Positions 1 through 10,216 of a stretch of 64,000 nt of DNA are shown here, piece by piece. Both the position numbers and the translations under genes were made by a program. Positions within the stretch are counted from its first letter, which is position 1. Every line of letters begins with the position of its first letter. Where the stretch lies: positions 295,669 to 359,668 of the forward strand of contig CANNBJ010000004.1 of the NCBI GenBank assembly GCA_947502835.1. Direction: 5' to 3'. Under the pieces are notes generated by a model, which searched no databases, had not been told where the DNA came from, and saw only the letters and a list, made by a program, of their open reading frames with translations. The stretch comes from Bdellovibrionales bacterium (GTDB lineage: Bacteria; Bdellovibrionota; UBA1018; CAIMNF01).

Positions 1-750
1 GGGTACCCTGGTTCCGGAACCGGATTTTACCTTCCTGGAGTTTCCGCCAAACCCGATAAGTATTTTGACTTGGATGGAGTGACTCCCATCACGAAGCCGT
101 CCTGGATCAGTGATGTGCAATTGGGCGTGACGGGGAGCCCGGGGCCCAATGTGTGCGCCACAGTGGGAGGACCGGCTGCTGGACCGTTTGATGTGGGCGG
201 TTTCTACAGAGTCAGCGAGGCGGACTGCTCCTCCTCGCTCACCGGAGCCACCCTGAGTGTTCCTGTGTTCATTCGGGTGATCTTGAATCGCGATACGGCC
301 TTCATTGGAACGCGCGAGAATCTCATGCTGCAGCTTGAGTATCGAGCGACCGGATTGCGACCGAATTCGGATGGATCGTCTTCAAATCCTGAGGAAAATC
401 TCGATCATCTGTGGAAGGTGTTTCTCGGGCAGACGCTTTTGTCGTCTGCAAGCCTGACTCCGTTTTCAATCCTGATCCCGCCGAACTATGCGCATTGGTG
501 TACCACCGGTTCCGGGAATTACGATTCCTCAAGTTGTCAGCCGATTGCCGCAAATCGGAGCGCGCCTCCGATCGTGAAACAGGTTTTGATTCCGCTCTCG
601 AGCAATTCAAAACAATCGGTCATTCAAATTCAACGTGTGACGGGCCGGATTCATGCGAATCCCGGCCAAGTGAGTTCGTTTTGCTCTACGGGAAATTCAC
701 CCTTGTGTCTGGGAGTGGTCTTCCACTCTTTGACACTGCTCAGGATGTGA
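1..750 (+). CDS. 3' portion of a secreted protein gene that begins upstream of the window (frame 1 is open from base 1; the ORF track only lists it from the first Met at 70)
   Basis: No stop in frame 1 from 1 to 750. Cys/Gly/Ser-rich composition similar to the next three secreted proteins. Stop at 750 lies 3 bp before the next gene start. Confidence 0.45.
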   Translation, partial: GYPGSGTGFYLPGVSAKPDKYFDLDGVTPITKPSWISDVQLGVTGSPGPNVCATVGGPAAGPFDVGGFYRVSEADCSSSLTGATLSVPVFIRVILNRDTAFIGTRENLMLQLEYRATGLRPNSDGSSSNPEENLDHLWKVFLGQTLLSSASLTPFSILIPPNYAHWCTTGSGNYDSSSCQPIAANRSAPPIVKQVLIPLSSNSKQSVIQIQRVTGRIHANPGQVSSFCSTGNSPLCLGVVFHSLTLLRM

Positions 751-753
751 GAC

Positions 754-1851
754 ATGAAAGAGGCAAGATGGGCATTGCTTCCATTGCTCCTTCTCGGGTG
801 TGCCCGGGAGATTGACCCTGCATCCTTCCAGGAATCCGCACCCGCGGCCACTGCTGCACCCGGAACCGACGAGGCGTCCGCTCGATTCATCTTCCATCGG
901 GACAATTTCACGAATCTAGAGGATTTCGTGACTTTCCAGAATACCGGATTTTCCTGTCTCGGCGATGTCACAAAAACCTTTCGCACCCAGGGAGGGGATT
1001 ATTCCAGCTCTTTTTCGCCATCCTGGAATCCACTCTCAGCGATCCCGTTTGAAATTTCCAATCCGGGCGATGCACTCCAACCGACCTACAAACCCGCATT
1101 CGTAAAAAACATCTCTGTCGACATCACCCGAACTTATTATGCGGAATCCGCGAGTGGAACTGTTCAAACCGATGCCTGTTCCCGAAGAACCGACTCCATC
1201 GCCCCGTCTCCGTGCGCGGATTTTGATCCGGTGTCGACCGGGCCTCTGCCAGCTCCGGGGAGTCCCGTTCCAACCCCGACCCCGCTCCCGACACCCGTGA
1301 ACCCCGCGGATAGGGACGGACTTTTGTTCTACCGGGTTCGGGATCCCTGGTGCCTTGGCCAAGGTGCCATGCAATCCAATGAGCCGGATCTCTCGAAGGC
1401 CTATGTGGGGGGAGTGAACATCGATCTTGATCGAAAGGTGATCGGGGGGAGCGAGGATCTCTTGATGCTGATCACCTATCAATCGTTTGTGTCGGGACCT
1501 TCTTGGCCTTACCTGGGAGGGGGATTGACTTCACTGACCGAGGATGATCACACGAAGCTCAGGGTGGATCTGATTGCGACGGCGCGGGGACTGGATGAAC
1601 TTTTGGAGCGAAAGCAGCCCCGGATGCTTGGAGATTTTGCAGAGTTTGGTGCCGCGGGCGCGGCTCCCATCCTGATCCGGAGCCTGGTGACGCTTGAGGA
1701 CCCGTTTTCCTCGATGAAGACCGAGTCGGTTCTTGTTCCGCTTTCCAGCAATCCATTGGTGGACCGGATCCGGATTGAGCGAATTCGAGGGAGCTATCAA
1801 CTGTATCAGATCGATTTGTATCGCCTAGGGGACCGGCCGCCTGTGAATTGA
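754..1851 (+). CDS. secreted lipoprotein with a Pro/Thr-rich linker, unknown function
   Basis: N-terminus MKEARWALLPLLLLGC carries a lipobox. Internal linker PLPAPGSPVPTPTPLPTPVNP. Tightly packed with flanking secreted-protein genes. Confidence 0.55.
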   Translation: MKEARWALLPLLLLGCAREIDPASFQESAPAATAAPGTDEASARFIFHRDNFTNLEDFVTFQNTGFSCLGDVTKTFRTQGGDYSSSFSPSWNPLSAIPFEISNPGDALQPTYKPAFVKNISVDITRTYYAESASGTVQTDACSRRTDSIAPSPCADFDPVSTGPLPAPGSPVPTPTPLPTPVNPADRDGLLFYRVRDPWCLGQGAMQSNEPDLSKAYVGGVNIDLDRKVIGGSEDLLMLITYQSFVSGPSWPYLGGGLTSLTEDDHTKLRVDLIATARGLDELLERKQPRMLGDFAEFGAAGAAPILIRSLVTLEDPFSSMKTESVLVPLSSNPLVDRIRIERIRGSYQLYQIDLYRLGDRPPVN

Positions 1852-2001
1852 AGGAATGCTTTGGTGAAATGAAGGAGGTTGATCCTGTCAGAATCCTGAC
1901 ACTGTCCAGAAAGTCTTCAGTTTCTGAGCCAAAAAACCGAATGGAAATCGAGGGATTTCGCAAGAATGTTTCTTGCAGCCCTCATGTTTGGGGAAGTTGT
2001 G

Positions 2002-3948
2002 ATGCAGGTTGGGTTCAAGGGAGTTCGTCGACTCCTTGAAAAAACGAGAGTGAAATTCCGGTCCTTCCATGTGCAATGGTCGGGCTTGGGAGTCTTTTTT
2101 CTTTTGGTCTCAGCCGCAATCCAGCCCGCTTGCACCAACATCAAATTCGCGGATCGAAAACTCGCAAGCGAGTTTTTCCTTCCGGATCAGAATTCGGTGA
2201 ACGGGGCATCCTTCAAGATCAACAGCCTCTTTCCGGCATCTGGGGGGGGAGTGTACGAGCTGATTGGTCAAAACGGGGAGTTCGACAATTACTGCAGTGG
2301 AAATTTCGGAGCCTGCTCCTGCGTCTACACCTATACGATCGGGAGCAATGTAAATCAGATTGCCGAATCACAGGTGACCTATCAGGAATCAAATATGCTT
2401 CGGTGCCCGAATGCGGTTCCGACAGGTGCTGCCACATTCAGTGTAAAGATTCAAACCCAGGCCGGAAGCAGTGGAGGCCCGTATTTTTCCAACTCCCTCT
2501 CCTTGAATCTTGAAGCAGGCGGAACTTTCGAGAATTCCGTGGTGTACGCCGATCTTTCGGATGAACGGAGCTATCTCGGGGTCAAGAGATACCAATGCCG
2601 GAGAAATGATTTCATCCCGAGTCCATTTGATTCCGGATTCCTTGATCCGATCCAATCGCAGGATCCGAGGATCATTTACCCATTCAATTTCTATACGACC
2701 AATGTGGGGGAGAGCATGCTTGCCATCCAACGCAACGGGACCGCGGCCGGTTGGGAATGTACCCTGACTCCCACTTTCAACTATTCGCTTCATTGGTGGG
2801 CAAATCCCATGGTCTTCTCGAGCGCACCTTGCACCTCGGCATTTTGTGTGGGAGATGGCGAGCTCATCTATCCCATTGCCTCGCTCGAGAGCGGCCGGAT
2901 TCCTGCTTCGCTTGGCTCCACTGCAACAGGGAAGAGGCGAAGTTCCTTCTCGTTGCTCCCAAGGGCGTATGGAGTGTTCGATGTGCCGGTGATTGCCGCG
3001 GCAGCGCCGAGAGACCTTGTTTCTGCCTTTTACTCAGGCCAGAACATCGACGCCGGACTTACCTTGAGTCCCCTTGGATATGCCGCGAGGCCTGTGATCG
3101 CGGCGGATGGCGGAAGCGCGTGTCCGAACATCACCATTCCTCCGAATGCCCGCTGGGTAAAGCTTTGGAACTTCCGTGCAACCGATCTTGCTTCGCCTCG
3201 TCGCGTTCGAAGCACAATCGCAACGCTGAACCATCCGATTGCATGCCTCAGCTCAGAACCCGATGACCTTTTTGATTCCTGTTACTTTCACGATGCGCCA
3301 AGCAATTCAGGCGCAATCAAGCTTCCTGTAACGGATGCTTCCGGAAGCGCGAGCATGGCGTCCCGGATTGCATTCATGGATGTGAACGGAAGCGGAGGAG
3401 GTGGGCGCGATTCTTCGGCATGCTACAAGCTAAACGCCTACGATACATTCGAGGCGAGCCTTTTTGCCTTCAATTATGAGACCTCGGAGGCGGAGAGCTT
3501 GCTCCGGAGTTATCCTTGGGGAGTCTATTCCACCCTGCCTGCATCTCCCGCTGTCATCACTGAATCGATGGGCACGGGAGTCATGATGCCCGGGGGGGCA
3601 ACTTCGGACACTCTACGAAAGCTTCTGACGGGAATCCCCCGTCCAACCGGGATTCCGACCGATGTGGTGGGTGTCGCCGATACGCTTCCCCTCAGTCAGG
3701 ATTTGTTCTCAGACCACCTGTTTGTGATCACGGATCCATCGGTGAGGGTTGCTGATTTCCAGAATTTGAATTCCAGCGAGTCCAACAATTACCGTCCTGT
3801 GACCTATCGTTCCCGTGGAGCCTGCCCCGGGAATTCGCGGGCCACATGCCTGCAGGATCAAGTGAATTGGGAGCTCAATACAAAAAACATCAACCAACCC
3901 CTTGGACCGGAGGTGTACCCGCTATGCGTGTTGCAATTCTCGGACTGA
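2002..3948 (+). CDS. large secreted lipoprotein, unknown function; start ambiguous (ORF opens at 1966; Met at 2002 precedes the signal peptide)
   Basis: Signal/lipobox GVFFLLVSAAIQPAC-TN. Many Cys. 660-aa ORF with coding-like composition. Confidence 0.55.
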   Translation: MQVGFKGVRRLLEKTRVKFRSFHVQWSGLGVFFLLVSAAIQPACTNIKFADRKLASEFFLPDQNSVNGASFKINSLFPASGGGVYELIGQNGEFDNYCSGNFGACSCVYTYTIGSNVNQIAESQVTYQESNMLRCPNAVPTGAATFSVKIQTQAGSSGGPYFSNSLSLNLEAGGTFENSVVYADLSDERSYLGVKRYQCRRNDFIPSPFDSGFLDPIQSQDPRIIYPFNFYTTNVGESMLAIQRNGTAAGWECTLTPTFNYSLHWWANPMVFSSAPCTSAFCVGDGELIYPIASLESGRIPASLGSTATGKRRSSFSLLPRAYGVFDVPVIAAAAPRDLVSAFYSGQNIDAGLTLSPLGYAARPVIAADGGSACPNITIPPNARWVKLWNFRATDLASPRRVRSTIATLNHPIACLSSEPDDLFDSCYFHDAPSNSGAIKLPVTDASGSASMASRIAFMDVNGSGGGGRDSSACYKLNAYDTFEASLFAFNYETSEAESLLRSYPWGVYSTLPASPAVITESMGTGVMMPGGATSDTLRKLLTGIPRPTGIPTDVVGVADTLPLSQDLFSDHLFVITDPSVRVADFQNLNSSESNNYRPVTYRSRGACPGNSRATCLQDQVNWELNTKNINQPLGPEVYPLCVLQFSD

Positions 3949-6494
3949 TCCTCCTCGCAGTTACCCCCTCTTGTACCAACGTCGGGCAAAGATTCGGACG
4001 CACCACGACGGGGGATCCCTCGGTTTTCACCGGAACAGACTTCAATTCAGTGGCATTCACGCATCAACTGAGCAACGTCTCGGTTGCGCAGGCATCCGGA
4101 GGAGCTACCGGAAATTCAACGCCACAGGTGAACCTGACCCTTGCTTTGAATACGAATGTCGCGGGCTTCACTCCCATCACGCAGTTCTGCGGGACTGGTG
4201 CCAATCCCTGCGCCTGCGAGTTGAATTGGAAGCATACCGACTCCAATGGCCAGCCGCTCTATGATCGTTCCCGCAGGGTGTCGGTCACGACTGTCCAGAG
4301 CGGGAGCGTGAGTTGTTTGATGGCCCAATCGGAATGGGATGAAATCGTACCGGGCGCGATCCTTTCGATTCGCATCGTACCCGTGGGTGGAAATGCAAGT
4401 GGCTTGAATTGTAAAAAAATAGGGTACCGGAAAGGGCAGTCGACCAATCCGAACGGGGATTTCCTGGACGAGACCTTGAACGGATTTCGGAACATCCATC
4501 GCTACACGTGCCATACCAAGCGAAATGCGGCGCATGAAATCCTGAATCGCTTCAGGAGTGTTTCAAAAGTCTCGAGTGCACCCCAAGATGGAAGTGGCGG
4601 GGACCCGGGGGCTTCAAACGAACCCGTGAAGACCTCCGTGGGCACATGTTTCTGCACAGCCCTGTCGGGAGGAGCTGCAAGTGGCGGAGGCAGTTGCAGC
4701 AATCTCCAGTGCCCGAATCTTGCGAGAGCGGGATATTCAGCGCAGAATTATTATCGAAACCTGTATGTCAGATCCGATATTCTGGGCCAAATCAACTCAA
4801 GCAATCTTACTTATGAGTGCCCGAAGGTTCTTGAGTCCGTGAAAGTGAGCGCTGCATCGAGTGCGGGCGCCACCTCAATTCCGCAAGCCGAGCAGAACAA
4901 ATACTGGCCGCTTGATTCTTCCTTTGCGCTCGCAACCCAGTGGTCATCGGAGTGGAGCATTGGAATCATGGCCGGCTCTGTGCTGTTGAAGCCCGGGGAT
5001 CCTAATACCAATCCGGGCACTCCAGAGGTCTGCCGGAACTCGAGCTCTCGATTCAATGAAAACGGGATTTTTCCAAAGTGTCTGGGGTACGCGAAGCCTG
5101 CCAATGGCGATGGAACCTGCGGAACCATGACCGACAGCACCGGAAATGTTCGCCCTCTGGTGCGCCTTCGTCGCTACAGGGCGGTTCTGCCTCCCCGCTT
5201 TGATTCGAACGGGGATCTGGAAGGTGGAGGGAGTCAGGGACAGCAAGGTGGTGGAGGTGGGGGAATCTTTCCGGCGGTGGATGAGATTTATGTAGCGGAC
5301 CGATTGGTTCTTGATCAGAATGCGCTTCCCACCGGAGACATGATTTATGGACCAAAGCCCTGCAACTATGCCTGGTTTGATCATGAGGGCGTGGTGAATC
5401 GGACGGGGACTTCCAATGAGTTTGAGACCAATATCTACACCACGCCCACACAGAACGTAGGGGTGCCGTCCTATGTGGGAACCAATCGTTTTTACCGGAA
5501 TTCGGGAACGTCCGGGTGGGATCCAAGTCTTTCCGTGAATCCGGACGGGCTTGTGTTTCCCAATCACGATCGCTTTGGTCTCGGAATCGAGACCCGGAAC
5601 CAGACTTCGTGCTCGGCGTCGATTCCGATCGTGAATTACAATCAAGGACAGGCACAATCCCTTTCTCTGTTCACCTCAAACTCCAATCGGACCTCGGCTG
5701 CCATCAACTTGGGCGGGTACCTGGTGGGTAGCAAGACCGTCTATCAGGATGAAATTCACCTGCGGCCGATTGATCCGTGGACTCCTCAGTATCTGGAGGA
5801 CACATCCTTCAGGGCCTGCGTTCCGCTTTCAAGCGAGTTTACCGAACCGCCTCTTCACTTTTACAAGGATGCGAACGATCGCTATGCTTGGTGCGCCGAA
5901 GTGTATCCAAGCCAGAATCCCTACTGGTCCGAAATCAATAAAAAGCGAAGAGTATTCAATCCCACCTCGTCCTCTGATCCGGAGCTGATCAATTCCACCA
6001 ATCTTGTGGGTTATCCGACTTCAACGGCCAAGGTTCAAGGATACACTTCCCACGTGGTCAATATTGCAGGTCAGAGTGCTTGTTCCGCGACCCCAGGGAA
6101 TCAGATTTGTACAATGACGACATCCGCGGGAGCCGGGTTCAACAACTGTGTGAGCTTTTTGAATCGCACGTCCGGCCTCACCTGTGATCGGACTGTAATG
6201 TTCAACCCATTTCAGGACTATCGGGATTTCCCGCTTCAGGCAAGTGCCGCCGATACGGAAGCCATGTTGAGTGCCGATCTTGCCAACCAGGGGTCGTTTT
6301 CCTGCACCTATTCTGTGAGCTCGGATCCGCAAAAGGTGAATCGGCAGTTTCCGTCTTCCGCATGTTGCGGAGTCCGGAATGGCGGTCCTGTCTTGAATAG
6401 TCTGATCGGCCCGGGTGCGGGGTCGGGACATCTTGAGCCGTTTTCCGACCCGAGTGCACCGAATTTCCGCTTTTGCGGATCTCCTGTTCGCTAA
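3924..6494 (+). CDS. large Cys/Gly-rich secreted lipoprotein, unknown function
   Basis: Internal Met at 3924 gives MRVAILGLILLAVTPSC-TN, the same C-T-N lipobox context as the previous gene. Overlaps the previous gene by 25 bp, so likely an operon. Contains the GGGSQGQQGGGGGG tract. ORF track lists 3846..6494. Confidence 0.55.
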   Translation: MRVAILGLILLAVTPSCTNVGQRFGRTTTGDPSVFTGTDFNSVAFTHQLSNVSVAQASGGATGNSTPQVNLTLALNTNVAGFTPITQFCGTGANPCACELNWKHTDSNGQPLYDRSRRVSVTTVQSGSVSCLMAQSEWDEIVPGAILSIRIVPVGGNASGLNCKKIGYRKGQSTNPNGDFLDETLNGFRNIHRYTCHTKRNAAHEILNRFRSVSKVSSAPQDGSGGDPGASNEPVKTSVGTCFCTALSGGAASGGGSCSNLQCPNLARAGYSAQNYYRNLYVRSDILGQINSSNLTYECPKVLESVKVSAASSAGATSIPQAEQNKYWPLDSSFALATQWSSEWSIGIMAGSVLLKPGDPNTNPGTPEVCRNSSSRFNENGIFPKCLGYAKPANGDGTCGTMTDSTGNVRPLVRLRRYRAVLPPRFDSNGDLEGGGSQGQQGGGGGGIFPAVDEIYVADRLVLDQNALPTGDMIYGPKPCNYAWFDHEGVVNRTGTSNEFETNIYTTPTQNVGVPSYVGTNRFYRNSGTSGWDPSLSVNPDGLVFPNHDRFGLGIETRNQTSCSASIPIVNYNQGQAQSLSLFTSNSNRTSAAINLGGYLVGSKTVYQDEIHLRPIDPWTPQYLEDTSFRACVPLSSEFTEPPLHFYKDANDRYAWCAEVYPSQNPYWSEINKKRRVFNPTSSSDPELINSTNLVGYPTSTAKVQGYTSHVVNIAGQSACSATPGNQICTMTTSAGAGFNNCVSFLNRTSGLTCDRTVMFNPFQDYRDFPLQASAADTEAMLSADLANQGSFSCTYSVSSDPQKVNRQFPSSACCGVRNGGPVLNSLIGPGAGSGHLEPFSDPSAPNFRFCGSPVR

Positions 6495-8020
6495 AGAAAG
6501 GCATCTGTCCTCCGGTAGGTCCGTGCCTCCAGAAGATCCGGATCACCCGGAGTCTCCCGGCCCTCCAAGGCAGCAATGGAGCAGGCGATTCGGATCAGTT
6601 TGTGACGATCCCTGAGGCTTCCGGTCTCACTCAGGATTGAAATCGCGCGCGATGACTTCGGAATCCAACGTTCGATCCTTTCAGGAGGAATCCGGGAAGG
6701 AGGAGCTCCGTGAACATGCTCAACCAGGGAGCGCGCCTGCCTGATTTCGTTCTCGATCTGTTCAAAAGAAGTGTTCTTTGGTGGGCTTGGGGAGCCAGGC
6801 CCTGAAAAAATCGCCCAAAGGTCGATTCGATCGAGGATCGGGCCCGAGAGTCGATGAAGGTATTTGCGGATTTCCGCCTCGGAGCAACGGCATCCCGGTC
6901 CCCTTTGAACCGCATCCAGCCGGAAGCGATGCGGAAGTCCACCGCAGGGACAAAGATTTCCACTCCCGATCAACTGGAGATCGCATTTGGCCTGCAGGGT
7001 TCCCCGCACGGAACTCACGCTGAAACACTCGGACTGCAGGGGTTCCCTCAAGCACTCCTTTGAATCCCGGGGCCATTCGGGAAATTCATCGGCAAAGAGC
7101 ATGCCCCCGTGAGCAAGCGAGAGTTCTCCTGCACGAAAGGAACCGGAATGAAACGACCCGAGCAAATGCGCGGGCCTGACCTGGGAGTGGACCTGTCGAA
7201 GGGGAGCGTCGAATCCGGGATGCTCATTGCGTGTTTCTTGATAAAGAGCCCTCTCCCATGCGGCACCTTTCGGTGGTGACGGGGCAAGCGCTCCAAACCA
7301 CGCAAGGGATGCCGATTTCCCGGCGCCTTTCGGCCCAAGGAGAAGAGTGTGGTGGCGACCCACGCAGGCGATTTTCAGGATTCGCTCCTGGAGGGGGGCA
7401 AGAGGGAGAAGAAAAGGCGGACTCATCGAAGACTGATGTGATGATTTAGGAAGAGATGAGCATTGAGTGGAACTCCGTGATGAGACTGAAGCAGGGAGAT
7501 CGCGAAGGTGTTCGATCCGGAGCACACCCGCGGGTTTCGGATTGAGCAGCCCGTTTTTTTCCCTCCAGGAGAGCAGTCGAAGGAACTCCGCGTGATCTTC
7601 GGGGCCCAGAATCAGGGTGAGTTGTTCGGGATCGGGAATGGACTTCAACATCAGCTCAATCAGATGTCCCATTTTTCCGCCGGGTTTGATCAAGCCATCC
7701 AGACCAAGCTCGCCCCGTGCAATCACCCTCGAGTCAAGGAGAAGTGCGCCGCTTCCGGAAAGAATCCGAAGGGCAATCGCAAGATCATGCCCGGTTCCCG
7801 ACTTCCGGATGGACGCCGGAGCAAGATTGATCAACACCCGCTTCTTTGGAAAGTCCAGCTCGGAGGCTTGGAATGCGGAGATGATTCGCTCCCTCGCCTC
7901 CTGGATCTCGGGTGCGGGGAGCCCGAGGATCTGGAACCCGGGAATCTGAAAGCGAGCGCTGTATTCGACGGTCAGGACTTCGGGGGTGAGATCCCGGATG
8001 AAGAAGGAAAGAACCTGCAT
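6491..8020 (-). CDS. comM: ComM/YifB-family Mg-chelatase-like AAA+ ATPase
   Basis: N-terminus MQVLSFFIRDLTPEVL...FQILGLPAPEIQEARERI...INLAPASIRKSGTGHDLAIALRIL matches the ComM/YifB N-domain pattern. Walker A GPKGAGKS. 509 aa. Confidence 0.75.
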   Translation of the reverse strand: MQVLSFFIRDLTPEVLTVEYSARFQIPGFQILGLPAPEIQEARERIISAFQASELDFPKKRVLINLAPASIRKSGTGHDLAIALRILSGSGALLLDSRVIARGELGLDGLIKPGGKMGHLIELMLKSIPDPEQLTLILGPEDHAEFLRLLSWREKNGLLNPKPAGVLRIEHLRDLPASVSSRSSTQCSSLPKSSHQSSMSPPFLLPLAPLQERILKIACVGRHHTLLLGPKGAGKSASLAWFGALAPSPPKGAAWERALYQETRNEHPGFDAPLRQVHSQVRPAHLLGSFHSGSFRAGELSLAHGGMLFADEFPEWPRDSKECLREPLQSECFSVSSVRGTLQAKCDLQLIGSGNLCPCGGLPHRFRLDAVQRGPGCRCSEAEIRKYLHRLSGPILDRIDLWAIFSGPGSPSPPKNTSFEQIENEIRQARSLVEHVHGAPPSRIPPERIERWIPKSSRAISILSETGSLRDRHKLIRIACSIAALEGRETPGDPDLLEARTYRRTDAFL

Positions 8021-8054
8021 GGCATCGGCAAGTGCAAGTCCTGTGCGAGGGGGA

Positions 8055-8546
8055 TCAGCGATCGCGAAGGGATTTCAACATCCGGTTTTTCGCATCATTG
8101 ATCCGGGCGGAGGCTTCCTGGTAGAATCGCAAGTCCGAGTCGGACTTTCCTTGCAAAGTATCAGGATGAAACCGTTTGATTGCATCCTTGTAGGCACGAA
8201 CAATCTCGGCCTCCGATGCGTCTTCGCGGATTCCGAGGATTTCATGGGGTTCTCCCTCGAGGCGAATGCCCGGAAGGGAAAGGGGAGGAGGGGATGGCTG
8301 CTCTGCCTGTTTTCTTCGCAGTTTGGCTTGTGCGAGATCCGGACCCGAATTCAGGATCCGGTCAAGATCCCCGCGATCCGCCTCCCGGCTCCTGAAGTTC
8401 GACTGTCCCCGATTGTTCTTGAGAAAGGTCCAAATCAGGAACAAAACCGCAAGGAGGAAGAGGATCTGGATTTTCTGGAAATTTCTTGCGATCCATTCGA
8501 GTGTCGACATGATGCCAGTATAGAAGGCCCGCTTCCTGCAAGGCAA
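8055..8546 (-). CDS. J-domain (DnaJ-like) membrane protein; start may be the internal Met at 8510
   Basis: N-terminal TM segment IQILFLLAVLFLIWTF. C-terminal J domain ILGIREDASEAEIVRAYKDAIKRFHPDT with the HPD motif. Confidence 0.6.
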   Translation of the reverse strand: MPCRKRAFYTGIMSTLEWIARNFQKIQILFLLAVLFLIWTFLKNNRGQSNFRSREADRGDLDRILNSGPDLAQAKLRRKQAEQPSPPPLSLPGIRLEGEPHEILGIREDASEAEIVRAYKDAIKRFHPDTLQGKSDSDLRFYQEASARINDAKNRMLKSLRDR

Positions 8547-8557
8547 GGCTTTGTCTC

Positions 8558-10216
8558 ATGGATGATGCCACACTTGAATCCCTGACGCGGGAATGGATGG
8601 AGGCCTTGATGTTCCATAAGCCCGTGAGGAGCGGTGTGGATGGAGTGCTCCGGGTTTCCGGTGTTGTCCATCTCTACGGGGCAAGCGGGATTCATCTCTA
8701 TGCCGTGGCCGGATGGATCGGGTTCGCCCTGAAACAACTGTGCCGTGTTCTCAAGATTCCCTCGCGTGCATTCTCCTTCCTCGGGCTGCTCTTTTTCCTG
8801 ATTGCGGTGTTGATGATCTGGAGGCTTCAGGGGTTTTCCTTCGCCTTGTTCCGGCCCCTCAGTTCCATTCTGATTCGTGCGGGTTTGCGCGAATCAGGAC
8901 ACAGAGTATGGATTTTCGCGCCCCTGATCCTTACGTTTGCGATCGAATGGATTCTCAGTCATGAAACCGGGCTCTCCCCCGGGGCATCCCACTACTATCT
9001 TGCCGTCGGGGGATCGCTCCTGGTTCTGGGCCGGGGTGATTCATTCCGTTCAAAGCTCGAACTCCATTTCTGGATGGCGATTGCCTCCTGGGTTCCGATT
9101 GCCCTTCTCGATCTTTACTCGGATCACCTCGTTGCTCCGTGGACTCCGTTGATCAGCCTGCTTACGATTCCCCCGCTCACTTTGCTGCTTTTTCCCTCCT
9201 CCTTGCTTGCACTCCTTTTCTTCGGCGGGGTGCCCGAGGCTCTTTTCCGGGTGTGGATGTTGTGTTTCGGGCTTCTGATCCGTGTGCTCGACTTGGTTCC
9301 GGACGTGTACTCGATTGATTTTGATTCCATGACGAGTCCAGCTTTGATCGCGGCTCCGATGATCGTCCTGGCACTCAAGGCCCGGCACTGGTTCGGGCTC
9401 TCCGGTTTCTCTGCGATTCCCCTTCCGGGTGCCCTGATTGCATGTCTGTGGGCAATGGGAGTTCCCCGGGAAGTGAATCAAGTGGTCCAATTCGATGTTG
9501 GTCAGGGGGATGCGGCCTTGATCCGGGAGGGGAGTCGTGCAGAGCTGGTCGATGCGGGGCCCGAGCAGGGAGCCGGACCTGAAGTCTGGATCCGGAGGCT
9601 CAGTCGCTTTGGTGTGAATCGGCTTGATGCCGTGCTCTTCACGCATCTCGACCAGGATCATGTCGGAGGCGTTCATGCCCTGGCCTCGGTGATCCCGATC
9701 GGCTGTCTCGAAATGTCCACGCATCATTCCGGCATCGAAAAAGGAGTGACCCTCAGAGCTTGGGCCTCGAGGCTTCCCGAAGCTCCTGCAATTCGAACAC
9801 AAGGGTGCATCGGGCTCTCGAGGGTGGGTTGGTTCCAAAGCTCCCGGGGCCAAGCCTCCGGAAACCGCTGGATGGGAGGTGTTTTCCGGAGGATCTCGGA
9901 TCGGGAGGCCTACTTTGCGCTCGGGGACGGGGATTCCGGGCAGGAGGAACAATTCGAGCGGAAATTCAGGACCTCGATACAAAATGCAAAAGTCAGGGTC
10001 TGGAAGGTGGGGCATCATGGATCGCGATTCTCGAGCGCCTCCGGATTCCTGGATCACATGAATCCAACAGAGCTCTGGATCTCGGTGGGGCGCAGGAATT
10101 CCTATCAGCATCCATCGCCCGAGACGATGGCACGGCTCACCTTGCAAACAGGAGGAGTGAAACGGACGGATCGTGATGGAGATCTGATCTATCGCAAAGG
10201 GGGTTCGACCTTGTAA
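8558..10216 (+). CDS. comEC: DNA internalization competence protein ComEC/Rec2 (polytopic membrane domain plus metallo-beta-lactamase domain)
   Basis: Multiple TM helices. Metallo-beta-lactamase motifs FDVGQGDAALI and FTHLDQDHVGG. C-terminal HGSRF and YQHPSPETM typical of ComEC. The start may be an internal Met because the annotated start lies only 11 bp from the divergent J-protein start. Confidence 0.75.
   Translation: MDDATLESLTREWMEALMFHKPVRSGVDGVLRVSGVVHLYGASGIHLYAVAGWIGFALKQLCRVLKIPSRAFSFLGLLFFLIAVLMIWRLQGFSFALFRPLSSILIRAGLRESGHRVWIFAPLILTFAIEWILSHETGLSPGASHYYLAVGGSLLVLGRGDSFRSKLELHFWMAIASWVPIALLDLYSDHLVAPWTPLISLLTIPPLTLLLFPSSLLALLFFGGVPEALFRVWMLCFGLLIRVLDLVPDVYSIDFDSMTSPALIAAPMIVLALKARHWFGLSGFSAIPLPGALIACLWAMGVPREVNQVVQFDVGQGDAALIREGSRAELVDAGPEQGAGPEVWIRRLSRFGVNRLDAVLFTHLDQDHVGGVHALASVIPIGCLEMSTHHSGIEKGVTLRAWASRLPEAPAIRTQGCIGLSRVGWFQSSRGQASGNRWMGGVFRRISDREAYFALGDGDSGQEEQFERKFRTSIQNAKVRVWKVGHHGSRFSSASGFLDHMNPTELWISVGRRNSYQHPSPETMARLTLQTGGVKRTDRDGDLIYRKGGSTL

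Noticed and set aside
5053-5657. Long antisense/alternative-frame ORFs inside large genes (e.g. 4944..5657-, 21405..21680-, 25135..25707-, 25317..25919+, 58408..58836-, 60951..62732-)
   Set aside because: Typical shadow ORFs of GC-rich coding sequence. Each lies wholly inside a gene with clear motif support on the other strand or frame. Note 60951..62732(-) is long, but the sense-strand HD protein has recognisable catalytic motifs.
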